64,000 nt of DNA from a bacterium (lineage in GTDB: Bacteria; Hinthialibacterota; Hinthialibacteria; Hinthialibacterales; Hinthialibacteraceae), in NCBI GenBank assembly GCA_963662285.2, contig CAXXMV010000006.1:1408001-1472000 (forward strand), given 5' to 3'. Made by a program: the position numbers and the translations under genes. A model generated the notes under the pieces. It saw only the letters and a list, made by a program, of their open reading frames with translations. It was not told the DNA's origin and made no database searches. This document shows, piece by piece, positions 21,366-30,752 of this stretch. Position 1 is the first letter of the stretch. Each line of letters begins with the position of its first letter.

Positions 21366-21989
21366 ATGAATACTAAAAAAGTTGGATTCACTCTTATTGA
21401 ATTGTTGATTGTGGTAGCGATTATCGGTATTTTGGCCGCTATTGCCGTACCAAATTTTCTAAGCGCCCAAATCAGAGCCAAGGTTGCCCGTGCGCAGGCT
21501 GATATGAAAAACTTAAAAACCGCCTTGGAATCTTACCAACTGGATTATAATAATTTCCCTCCGGCGCGGGTTAACGCTATTACCGGGGAGAGCGGCCAAA
21601 TCGCTTTAAGTCATCGGTTATACCCGTTAACTACTCCTATTTCATATATGAGTTCTATCCCCTCTGATCCATTCTGGAGCCAAATGAGCGCGCAAAATCC
21701 TGAATTTTTTGATACTTACGATTATTTTGATAATTGGTCAGGAGTGAATATCGACAACGGCGTTCCTGGTGGAGGAACCAGGGGATTCAGTTACCGGTTG
21801 TCCAGCGCTGGACCTGATAATGTGATGTGTTGGGGAAATCCAGCTTATAATTTTGATTCCACTCATTCGGGAATTGACTATGATTTATCCAACGGAATTG
21901 CTTCGGATGGGGATATCGTGACGGTTGGCGGTTCGGTAGTGAACACGCGATATGTTGTGAGTTATCCTTTGGGAACCTATCCACGGTAG
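21366..21989 (+). CDS. Prepilin-type N-terminal cleavage/methylation domain protein (GspG-like pseudopilin), orphan
   Basis: KKVG|FTLIELLIVVAIIGILAAIAVPNF class III signal; LTTPISY...DPF; SAGPD; YD.SNG..S.GDI. Confidence 0.9.
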   Translation: MNTKKVGFTLIELLIVVAIIGILAAIAVPNFLSAQIRAKVARAQADMKNLKTALESYQLDYNNFPPARVNAITGESGQIALSHRLYPLTTPISYMSSIPSDPFWSQMSAQNPEFFDTYDYFDNWSGVNIDNGVPGGGTRGFSYRLSSAGPDNVMCWGNPAYNFDSTHSGIDYDLSNGIASDGDIVTVGGSVVNTRYVVSYPLGTYPR

Positions 21990-22240
21990 AGAAATTTGCA
22001 TAACAACATTCTCATACTTTATTCAACTAGCCTGTATATATAGGCTTGTTGAATAATAAACGTAGCGATAAACGAACAAATTATTGAGAAGTGTTCTTTT
22101 TCATGGATTTTAACCGCAAGAAACTTTTGAAAATCAAAGTAATAATTCCAGTTTTAATCACACAATAGGCGCATAAACCCACTTCCAGTTTAGATTATTG
22201 GAGTTATGATAAGTGTTTTAGTCTTAATTTAGGAGAGTAT

Positions 22241-24046
22241 ATGACTACCACCGAATCAACTCAGCTCGATTTCAGCGATTTGTCGCTGAGTGAAACAGTT
22301 CTAAAAGCCATTAAAGATTGCGGTTACGAAACCCCCACCCCCATCCAGGAAAAAACCATCCCTCTTATGATGGAAGGAAAAGACGTTCTGGGACAAGCCC
22401 AGACCGGCACGGGGAAAACTGCGGCTTTCGCAATGCCTTTATTGTCGAAGATCGATTTAAAACAGACCCAACCTCAAGTATTAGTCTTAACCCCGACGCG
22501 GGAGTTGGCCATACAGGTTGCGGAAGCATTCCAGCGATATGCTGGCCGGATGCGGGGATTTCATGTTCTGCCTATTTATGGCGGCCAGGATTATGAAATT
22601 CAACTACGGCAGTTGAGACGAGGGGTGCATGTCGTAGTCGGTACGCCAGGCCGGGTAATGGATCATATGCGGCGTGGAACGCTTAAACTGGACAACCTGA
22701 AATGCCTGGTACTTGATGAAGGCGACGAAATGCTGCGCATGGGATTCATCGATGACGTTGAATGGGTGCTGGAACAAGCGCCTGCAGAACGTCAAATGGC
22801 ATTATTTTCGGCGACGATGCCCAAAACCATCCAACGTATAGCGCAAAAGTATTTGCATGATCCTGTAGTAGTATCTATAAAAGTTCATACATCTTCCCCT
22901 GAAACCATTAACCAACGCTATTGGATGGTTAGCGGATACCATAAACTTGATGCTCTGACCAGGATTTTGGAGGGGGAACCCTTCGATGGCATGATTGTTT
23001 TTGTAAGAACCAAAACCGCAACTGATGAACTTGCAGAAAAACTTGAGGCTCGAGGTTATTCTACAGCGGCTCTTAATGGTGATGTTCCCCAGAAGAGGCG
23101 GGAAAATACTATTGCAGGATTAAAAGCCGGGAAATTCGATATCCTGGTTGCTACAGACGTGGCGGCCCGTGGATTGGATGTTGAACGTATCAGTCACGTG
23201 GTTAATTACGATATTCCTTATGATCCCGAAGCTTATATTCACCGCGTGGGCCGTACCGGTCGAGCGGGACGCACTGGAGAAGCTATATTATTTGTCGCGC
23301 CGCGTGAGAGACATATGTTGCGCGCGATTGAGATTGCCACCAAACAGAAGATCACAATGATGGAGTTGCCTTCGGTTGACATAATCAATAACAAGCGTAT
23401 TTCAAACTTCATGGAGCGTATCACCAATACGCTGGCGGTTGAAGAATCTGGTTTTTATTATCAATTGTTAGAACAATACCGCCAGGAACATAATGTTCCG
23501 GCTTTAGAGATTGCTGCAGCCCTAGCCAAAATGTTTCAAGGCGATAAACCTTTATTACTTAAAGATAATCCTGTACCTATCAGGCCGTCAAAGCCTCTCA
23601 AGTCTTCAAGGTCTTCAAAATCTGAACGTGGTGATAAATTTCATGGAAAAAGAGGGGCGACCAAAAAAGATAAAGTTTTAGGACCAGTTGATGCTGGTAA
23701 AGAACGTTATCGGATTGAGGTTGGTTATGCTCATGGCGTTAAACCCAATCATATAGTCGGCGCTATGGCTAATGAAGGCGGCATTGATAGTAAATACATC
23801 GGCCGTATAGAAATTTTCAATGATTTCAGCGTGGTGGATCTTCCTGATGATATGCCGCGTGAGACCATTCGCCCCTTGAAAAAAATCTGGGTGTCCGGCC
23901 AGCAAATGAAAATTTCTAAATTCAAAGAAGGCGATAAGCCTAAATCAGGCGAGAAGCCTAAGACGAGTAAAACCAGAAGCCGGTTTATTCCCAAAGATAA
24001 AAAAAGTAGTTCTGCTAGACCCAGGAAAAAGAAATCTTCATCCTGA
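22241..24046 (+). CDS. deaD: Cold-shock DEAD-box RNA helicase DeaD/CsdA
   Basis: Q motif PTPIQ; AQTGTGKT; PTRELA; TPGR; DEGD (motif II variant); SAT; ARGLD; HRVGRTGRAG; DbpA-type RNA-binding domain (YRIEVG..HGVKP..IVGA.ANEG); basic tail. Confidence 0.93.
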   Translation: MTTTESTQLDFSDLSLSETVLKAIKDCGYETPTPIQEKTIPLMMEGKDVLGQAQTGTGKTAAFAMPLLSKIDLKQTQPQVLVLTPTRELAIQVAEAFQRYAGRMRGFHVLPIYGGQDYEIQLRQLRRGVHVVVGTPGRVMDHMRRGTLKLDNLKCLVLDEGDEMLRMGFIDDVEWVLEQAPAERQMALFSATMPKTIQRIAQKYLHDPVVVSIKVHTSSPETINQRYWMVSGYHKLDALTRILEGEPFDGMIVFVRTKTATDELAEKLEARGYSTAALNGDVPQKRRENTIAGLKAGKFDILVATDVAARGLDVERISHVVNYDIPYDPEAYIHRVGRTGRAGRTGEAILFVAPRERHMLRAIEIATKQKITMMELPSVDIINNKRISNFMERITNTLAVEESGFYYQLLEQYRQEHNVPALEIAAALAKMFQGDKPLLLKDNPVPIRPSKPLKSSRSSKSERGDKFHGKRGATKKDKVLGPVDAGKERYRIEVGYAHGVKPNHIVGAMANEGGIDSKYIGRIEIFNDFSVVDLPDDMPRETIRPLKKIWVSGQQMKISKFKEGDKPKSGEKPKTSKTRSRFIPKDKKSSSARPRKKKSSS

Positions 24047-24081
24047 ATCTGTTTTTATGAAACGTTATAGTTGATCCAATT

Positions 24082-24120
24082 TCGCCCTCACTCTCTCCCG
24101 GATGGAGAGAGTGAGGGCGA
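24082..24120. terminator. Strong hairpin between convergent deaD and lactonase genes (family C-related)
   Basis: TCGCCCTCACTCTCTCC / GGAGAGAGTGAGGGCGA perfect 17-bp stem. Confidence 0.75.
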
Positions 24121-24148
24121 TTGTCGTATTTTCTATCCCAAAAAGCAT

Positions 24149-25375
24149 TTAAGGATTTGCGTCTACCGCTGCTAAATGAATATAAGAAGAAACGTTTGAT
24201 ACGCTTGGGGTATTACCCTTTATGGCGAATTTTATGCATACCGGAGCGCTGGGTAGTGATACTTTCTTAAGTGATTTTAGTAAGCCGGTGTCGGGATTAA
24301 TGCTGAATGATACTATATTTTTTGAACCCTGATTGGCGGCATACAGGAACTTGCCGGTTGGATCGATGGCGAAATTACGCGGCGTCTGGCCTTGGGTTGA
24401 TTCGTGTCCTATAAGTTTGAGTTCTCCGGTTTGTTGGTTTACTTTGAATATGGCGATGCTGTCATGTCCACGGTTGGAGCCGTATAAGAATGATCCATCC
24501 GGGGAGACATGAATATCAGCGCAAGAGTTATCGCCGGAAAAACCTTCGGGTAATGTTGATATGGTTTGGATCTGTTCCAGGGCGCCATTTTGGGCATTGC
24601 ATTTGAAAGAGATTATTTCACAACTCAGTTCCTCAATGGAAAAAGCGTATTTTCCGTTGGGGTGGAATGTGAAATGGCGGGGGCCTGAACCTGGTTTTAC
24701 GCTGGCGAATGGGGGATCGTTTGGTTTGAGTTTCCCATTTACCAGGTCTATGGCGTAAATCATGATCTTATCGATGCCCAAATCGGATGCGTAAGCGAAT
24801 TTATTCGATGGATCAATAACAATGGAATGAGCGTAAGGGGCTTTTTGCCGTTGTGGATTTATGCTTGATCCATGATGTTGTTGCATATCGCTGGCCTCGC
24901 CGAGTTTTCCATCCTGCAGTATCGGATGAACCGCAACATTGCCGCCGCTGTAATTAGCGTTAAAAACCCATTTACCGGTTTTATCGACGCTCACATAGCA
25001 TGGCGCCTGACCTAGAGAGGATTGCTGATTCAACAGACTTAAATCTCCGTTATCGGGATTAATGGCGAAGGCGCTTAATCCGCCGCTTTTCTGACCCTGG
25101 AAATTGCCTAGTTCACTTACAGAATAAAGAAACTTGCATGTTGGATCAATCGCTAGATACGATGGATTAACCACTCCAGATATCTTATGCAATAAGGTTA
25201 AGTCTCCGGTGGTTGAGTTCATGCGATACACGAATATCCCAGGGCTATTCTCAGACGCATAACTCCCGACATAAACATAAGGATCATTACTGGCTTCTTG
25301 AGCGAAACCGAGCGATGATAATACAGTGATGACTAAAGATGTTATCAGGTTGGTTTTTATGAGCGATAAATTCAT
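24149..25375 (-). CDS. pgl: 6-phosphogluconolactonase-like lactonase (cycloisomerase-2 beta-propeller) with signal peptide
   Basis: AAGGAG RBS before ATG 25375; YVGSY, NPSYL, ANYSGG, DLGID, GPRH, SNRGHDSI, PRNF. The longer ORF-track start overlaps the upstream gene and was not used. Confidence 0.85.
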   Translation of the reverse strand: MNLSLIKTNLITSLVITVLSSLGFAQEASNDPYVYVGSYASENSPGIFVYRMNSTTGDLTLLHKISGVVNPSYLAIDPTCKFLYSVSELGNFQGQKSGGLSAFAINPDNGDLSLLNQQSSLGQAPCYVSVDKTGKWVFNANYSGGNVAVHPILQDGKLGEASDMQQHHGSSINPQRQKAPYAHSIVIDPSNKFAYASDLGIDKIMIYAIDLVNGKLKPNDPPFASVKPGSGPRHFTFHPNGKYAFSIEELSCEIISFKCNAQNGALEQIQTISTLPEGFSGDNSCADIHVSPDGSFLYGSNRGHDSIAIFKVNQQTGELKLIGHESTQGQTPRNFAIDPTGKFLYAANQGSKNIVSFSINPDTGLLKSLKKVSLPSAPVCIKFAIKGNTPSVSNVSSYIHLAAVDANP

Positions 25376-25400
25376 TGATTTGATCTCCTTGTAATTGAAT

Positions 25401-27254
25401 TTATGAATTAAATCTAATTGACATTCGATTTGCGATGCGGCGAGTGAATTCATAAGGGTTTTTCCTGGCTTTTTCAACTGCATCCCTAACTTCAGGAGTA
25501 TCAACAGCGGAAAGTTCCAGCGCCCGGATAGCATACATCCCGGCAATAAGATTGCTGTTGTTAATCTCTTTGATAATTGAATTAATATGTTGGTCTGCTT
25601 CACCTAATTTGCATAGGGCTAGAGACGCCGCAATGCGAACCGCCGATGATGAATCGTTGGTTGTTTTTGATAGTGCAGCGATAGCCGAAGCGTCTCCAAG
25701 TCTACCTAATCCTGTGGCAGCCCAATATCTTATGGATGGTTCTTTTGACTCCAGTGCAATATTAAGGGCTTTGGCGTTGCCTTGATCAGCCGCTGTGATG
25801 ATCTTGATAAGTTTTCGGACTAAGTTTTTGTCGGTATGGTTTTGCAGAACAAAATATTTGTTGCCGTATTGTTTTCCCATGTCTTCTATAATTGGCTCAG
25901 GGATAAGACCTGGATCGTTGTTTTGAATCATCCATTGATATAGATCATTGCGCATTTGCTTTAAGGTTGCTTGATATTCTGTTTTGTCAGCCAGGTTGTT
26001 GATTTCATTGGGATCATTTTTGATATCGTATAGTTCTTCGGGAGGTCTTTGCGGTTGAAATATCCGGGATTGCAGCGGGGTAAGTTTTCCGGCTTTATGA
26101 AGCTGCTGCATGTTTTTGGTAATGGCTTTGTCGTCTTTGTACTGATTCGGTTGGGCGTGGGGCAGGTGGGACAGGAAATTACGGATGTATTTGTATTTTG
26201 GCGTACGGATGCAACGGATAACGTCAACCGTCTCATCGCAACGATCCCTGGCGCTGACGATCATTTTACGTGGAGTATGATGAGCGTCGAATATGTTCTC
26301 GCCCTGGACATAGCTTGGGATGTTGATACCCGCTAAGGCCAATGATGCGGCGGCGATGTCGATCTGAATCACAGGATCATGGCGATTCGTCCCGGCATGT
26401 TTTTTATCGGGAAAACGTACGATCAATGGAACGCGGATGCCCTCATCGTATAAAAATTGCTTACCCCGGATATGGCTGATGCCATGATCCGTCCAGAAAA
26501 AGACAATGGTGTTATCCAGGACATTGCTCTTTTTAAGGTTCTCTATAATCTGTCCCACTTCATTATCGATTTGAATCCATGAATTTAAGTAATCCGCCCA
26601 ATCCTCCCGCATGGTTGGGGTATCGGGGTAGTAGGGCGGCAGTTCAACATCAGCTGGATTCACCCCATGCTTGGCGCTGCGGTTTTTTCCTCCATGCAGC
26701 ATGATCTGCGCGAAAAATGGTTTATCGCCGGGGCATGATTCCCAGTTGGATGCATCATAGGCGGACTTGGGCCAAACAAAGTTATAATCGGTCTTACCCA
26801 TTTTCTGGCAGGATGGACCGTCGCCCAAGGTTACATAGTATCCCGCATCACGAAACAGTTCGGGGATAAGTTTGATGGGCAGTTTGTAACTATCATAGTA
26901 ATCCCGGTTGCCTCCAGCTTTGCCGGAGTCGCTTTGGCTGCGGTGGTTATGAGCGCCCAGCGTCGTCTGGTACATGCCCGTGATCATGGCTGAGCGGCAG
27001 GGAGAACAGACCGGGCAGGTTACGAAAGCCGCATCAAAACTAATCCCATCGTTGGCCAGAGCATCGAGATGGGGCGTTTTAATGGTTGTTTCGCCATAAC
27101 ATCCGATGTGAGGCGAGGCGTCTTCGGCTAATATCCATAATATATTAGGAGGATTTTGATCCGGGGCGGCGCTTGATCTCAATGGTCTTGCGGCCAAGGG
27201 AATGGTCATCCCCAGCGTTTGGAGTACGGCGCGTCGGCTGATTTTATTATCCAT
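25401..27254 (-). CDS. Sulfatase with C-terminal HEAT-like repeats, Tat-exported
   Basis: SRRAVL; PNILWILAED; CSPCRSAMITG; DHG...RGKQFLYDEG.RVP; ARDRCDE; C-terminal IRYWAATGLG / VRIAASLAL repeats. Confidence 0.88.
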   Translation of the reverse strand: MDNKISRRAVLQTLGMTIPLAARPLRSSAAPDQNPPNILWILAEDASPHIGCYGETTIKTPHLDALANDGISFDAAFVTCPVCSPCRSAMITGMYQTTLGAHNHRSQSDSGKAGGNRDYYDSYKLPIKLIPELFRDAGYYVTLGDGPSCQKMGKTDYNFVWPKSAYDASNWESCPGDKPFFAQIMLHGGKNRSAKHGVNPADVELPPYYPDTPTMREDWADYLNSWIQIDNEVGQIIENLKKSNVLDNTIVFFWTDHGISHIRGKQFLYDEGIRVPLIVRFPDKKHAGTNRHDPVIQIDIAAASLALAGINIPSYVQGENIFDAHHTPRKMIVSARDRCDETVDVIRCIRTPKYKYIRNFLSHLPHAQPNQYKDDKAITKNMQQLHKAGKLTPLQSRIFQPQRPPEELYDIKNDPNEINNLADKTEYQATLKQMRNDLYQWMIQNNDPGLIPEPIIEDMGKQYGNKYFVLQNHTDKNLVRKLIKIITAADQGNAKALNIALESKEPSIRYWAATGLGRLGDASAIAALSKTTNDSSSAVRIAASLALCKLGEADQHINSIIKEINNSNLIAGMYAIRALELSAVDTPEVRDAVEKARKNPYEFTRRIANRMSIRFNS

Positions 27255-27489
27255 GCCATTTATCCTTTGAATATAACGGTTATTGATATTTTGCAAACTA
27301 CTCTATACTCTAAGTTTGTAATATAGTTGAACATAAATCTAGAGTAGTTGATTCGGTAGGTCAAAAAACGCGATCCTACGGGATAGGTTTATGTAATATT
27401 GCGATATGAAGGTTCTTTACGGAATGGTTGGGCGTCCCTAAGATTGAAATGCGTATCAATACATTGAAAATAACAATCCAGGTTAAATA

Positions 27490-30270
27490 ATGAGCAGGAG
27501 AGATAATTCAATCATATTAAAGGATATTTGGCTGATTGCAGCGGGTGGTTTGCTGATATCTGTTGTATTGGGATTGGTCTCATATTTCAATGTTAACTTG
27601 CTGTATGCAATCGGCGACGGTGAATGCATCAACGTCCTTTACGCCAATGGTTATTTTGATTCATTAACCAAGGGCTTATTACCTGCCAACTCTGAACCTT
27701 TCCAGAACGCCAACCTGCTGACCCGGTCGCTGATTACATTTTCAACATGGTCGTTTATTCCTTATCGTGCGCTGATTTGGCTTGGACAAGCAATGGTTGG
27801 AGTATACTTTCTCTACCGATCAATGCTCTTGTTCTCTTTGATTGGAGGAGCGGTAACCGAAGAGCGGATTTGCTTCACTGCCTTGCTTTTGATTCACCCG
27901 CTTTTTTGGATAACGCTGATTTTTCATCCATCCGATGCACTGACCGCTGTCCTGGTATTGGACTACGTCAGTCGGATTGTTGGTGATAAGACTTCTGATA
28001 TCACAGGATGTGCATCATTGTTTATCCTGAGCCTTAGTGGCAGCGCTGGCTTCTTGTGGGCGCTGGCCTTGGCAGTCGCCAATCTTTTTATCTATCAACC
28101 ATTATCATTTACGAAGATAAACTTCGCCCTGCGTAGGATGGGGTATGCGCTTGGATTCATCGCTCCGATTGGCATTATCTATGCAGTGCGGTCATTTGAA
28201 TGGGGGATATTAGGCGGCCCCTGTCTGACGGATTATCCGACTGCCTTCTCGCAAATTTCAATCGCTAGGTTATTTGATGGAGTATGGTCCAGTCATGCCA
28301 TTGATGCGTTTAGTTGGTTTGGCAATGGATTATTGTATGCATCTGTTACTGTACCTGTTTTCGGATTTTTGTTTTTGCTCGGTTTGAGCAGTGGATTAGG
28401 CGAATCAGGTAGTAAACGAAGATTCAGTCTGATGATGGCGATGGTCGGCGCCATCTTGTTGTTCTTCTTTGCTTTTACGCCGATTGATGTTTCGCGCCAA
28501 TGGATGTTGTCATTTCTTCCTATGGGCTTGATTGGCGTCTTCGGGGGCTTGAAATGGTTGTCGCAATTTAAACCGCAGAGCCGGACGCCTGTTTGCATAG
28601 CGTTTTGCGTTTGCCTGGCGTTTTTTACTGTGTTGTCCAGCGTGAAGGATTTTCAGAATTATTTTGACCGGGCGCGTTATTACCAGAATATCTGCGTTGC
28701 AATGCAAAAGGAACTCGGACCGGTCATGGTCAATCAGCATGAGTTCGCTGCAGTGCGTTTTGATCCCGTGGTTTTGTCACGAACGCCATTCGCCGAACAT
28801 TTATACCCGGTCGATTTGGGATGGAATATACCTTTTTCGACAATATTTGGTAAACAGGGTGGGCTTTTCTTTGATTTACGTTTCGCTCCGGCGCCGGATG
28901 AGATTATACTGTATTCCCGTTATTGTGAGAGTATAAAACAGTCTTCGGCCATGAATACGCTAAGCGCCCGAACATGGGAAGCATCGCTGGATGAGCATTA
29001 TTCTTCAACTCTTTTATTTAATCTGAAGTTATATAAACGGGAAACTGATCCGGTTAAGGTAATGAGCGACTGGCGGCTTGCGGCTATGGAAGACGGGTAT
29101 CATTTTGAAACGCGGCATGAACAGAATTGGTTTGCTTCTCATTTTTTGGGAGAGCGACAATCTGCATTGGATTTTGATGACGATGTATTGCCGCAACCGA
29201 TTGGGCTGAAATGGGATTTCGAGATCGATTTCAGCAATACTCATCAAACCGGTTCTGCATTTGGCTTTGCTCCTGATTCAGCATATAGAGCCATCGGCAA
29301 CTATGGCGCTGGCAGCGGCGGCGATGATGCAGTCAGAAAGATGGGCGTGTTAGAATCGGTTCCGTTTACTATAGAGGGAGATGAACTGAGCCTTTATGCT
29401 GATATCCCATCCGATTCGACGGCGTCATTGGTTTGTTTGGCGGTTTATTGCGAAGTTCCATTCCAGGTGGATGGCGCTGAAGCGCAATTGGCCCGGCATA
29501 TATATGAAAAAGAGACTGTTGAGCCTTTGTTGGGAGATGTCTTTTTCTATATTAATCCCCAGCATTTGAATTATGGTCCAGGCTGGATTCGCGGGTGGCG
29601 GGTAGTGCAGGTTTATCAACAAGCGCAACAAGATGGCTGGCGCCGGATTGAGTGGCCGCTTGATGCATGGCGCGGCAGGCAGGCTTTATGGCATGCTGCG
29701 GATCGAAGCCCCAACCATTCAATCAGTTTAGATCAAATCGCCCAATGGAAGCGGCCGCCGGGTTTATATTTTAATTTTGAACATGCAAACTATGATGGCT
29801 GGCAATCCATTGGCGCTGCGTTTGGCGATAAACCCGCTATAGGATCAATTGGCGGGCAGGACGATATTGATGGTTATGAAGGAAATTATTTTGTTAATTC
29901 TTACTATCAGGGTTCTGATGCAGCCACTGGAACGTTGCGATCAGCAACCTTTGAACTGGAATGGGATCAGATCAGTTTTCACATCGGCGGCGGCAATGAC
30001 GCAGATAATTTATATGTAGGTTTGCGGGTAAATGATAAAGTAGTGCTGCGGGAAACTGGCGGCCAGTCAGAAAACCTGCGTCACATAACCTGGGATGTTT
30101 CAACCTGGCAGGGCAAGACGGCGCAACTCGAAATAGCAGACTTTTCTTCCAACCCCTGGGGACATATTCTGGTTGATGATATCCAGGTGTATCAGAAGCC
30201 TGTGTTGCATCCAGTTTCTAATGAAGAGCGTGGGCGCCAAGGGCAAGACCGCAATGCGTCCAGCCCTTGA
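27490..30270 (+). CDS. Large polytopic membrane protein with two C-terminal extracytoplasmic beta-sandwich repeats
   Basis: About 10 TM helices in the first 390 aa. Two copies of the module G.AFG..P...G.L.S..F.I...W....W.G..A...D......I..D.I, like accessory domains of GH32-type proteins. The last codons overlap a repeat. Confidence 0.55.
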   Translation: MSRRDNSIILKDIWLIAAGGLLISVVLGLVSYFNVNLLYAIGDGECINVLYANGYFDSLTKGLLPANSEPFQNANLLTRSLITFSTWSFIPYRALIWLGQAMVGVYFLYRSMLLFSLIGGAVTEERICFTALLLIHPLFWITLIFHPSDALTAVLVLDYVSRIVGDKTSDITGCASLFILSLSGSAGFLWALALAVANLFIYQPLSFTKINFALRRMGYALGFIAPIGIIYAVRSFEWGILGGPCLTDYPTAFSQISIARLFDGVWSSHAIDAFSWFGNGLLYASVTVPVFGFLFLLGLSSGLGESGSKRRFSLMMAMVGAILLFFFAFTPIDVSRQWMLSFLPMGLIGVFGGLKWLSQFKPQSRTPVCIAFCVCLAFFTVLSSVKDFQNYFDRARYYQNICVAMQKELGPVMVNQHEFAAVRFDPVVLSRTPFAEHLYPVDLGWNIPFSTIFGKQGGLFFDLRFAPAPDEIILYSRYCESIKQSSAMNTLSARTWEASLDEHYSSTLLFNLKLYKRETDPVKVMSDWRLAAMEDGYHFETRHEQNWFASHFLGERQSALDFDDDVLPQPIGLKWDFEIDFSNTHQTGSAFGFAPDSAYRAIGNYGAGSGGDDAVRKMGVLESVPFTIEGDELSLYADIPSDSTASLVCLAVYCEVPFQVDGAEAQLARHIYEKETVEPLLGDVFFYINPQHLNYGPGWIRGWRVVQVYQQAQQDGWRRIEWPLDAWRGRQALWHAADRSPNHSISLDQIAQWKRPPGLYFNFEHANYDGWQSIGAAFGDKPAIGSIGGQDDIDGYEGNYFVNSYYQGSDAATGTLRSATFELEWDQISFHIGGGNDADNLYVGLRVNDKVVLRETGGQSENLRHITWDVSTWQGKTAQLEIADFSSNPWGHILVDDIQVYQKPVLHPVSNEERGRQGQDRNASSP
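30232..30270 (+). repeat. Family B palindrome (GGCGCCAAGGGC-N-GCCCTTGA)
   Basis: Ten copies: 30232-30270, 30383-30415, 30576-30608(r), 33789-33821, 34489-34527, 38564-38602(r), 42830-42859(r), 45631-45668(r), 52757-52795(r), 52860-52892(r). Confidence 0.85.
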
Positions 30271-30311
30271 TGCGATCACCTAAGATTTTCAGTATTCCTC
30301 TCCCAAGACTG

Positions 30312-30662
30312 CTGAACTTTACCCACAAATATCAATATGGGAGATTATGAGAAATCCCATTATCTGAATATAGGACAATATTGGGCGCCAAGGGCAGTGT
30401 ATTTTCTGCCCTTGATTGAGTTCACCCCTTATATTTCGATAATTTAATCAAGGTTTCACTGAACAAAGAGAATTATGATTAACTTTAAAGTTGTGGTAGT
30501 TGGAACCATATGTCAATAATTCTATAAAAAAAGATAAATAATTATAAAAATTATTCAGTTTCTCTATAGTTGCCGTCAAGGGCAGAAAGGACGCTGCCCT
30601 TGGCACCCGTATTGATCTATTCATAGCAATTAATTCTGTCAAAACTTGTGGGTAAAGATCAG
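30312..30662. mobile_element. 351-bp non-autonomous MITE with IS50 (IS4-family)-like ends
   Basis: 19-bp terminal inverted repeats CTGAACTTTACCCACAAAT and (reverse complement) CTGATCTTTACCCACAAGT, 17/19 identical. Flanked by a 10-bp direct duplication CCCAAGACTG (30302-30311, 30663-30672). Interrupts a family C repeat. Confidence 0.85.
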
Positions 30663-30752
30663 CCCAAGACTGGGAGAGGCCAGGTGAGGGTTGATAACAA
30701 CCACCCGAATATAAAAAATCCACCTAAAAAAGTGCGCGAATAGCGTAATTCT

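Noticed and set aside
30448-30723. Short ORFs sharing the peptide GGCYQPSPGLSQSW (30448-30723, 34356-34634, similar at 15898-16095)
   Set aside because: These are antisense translations of the composite/family C repeat, not a protein family.
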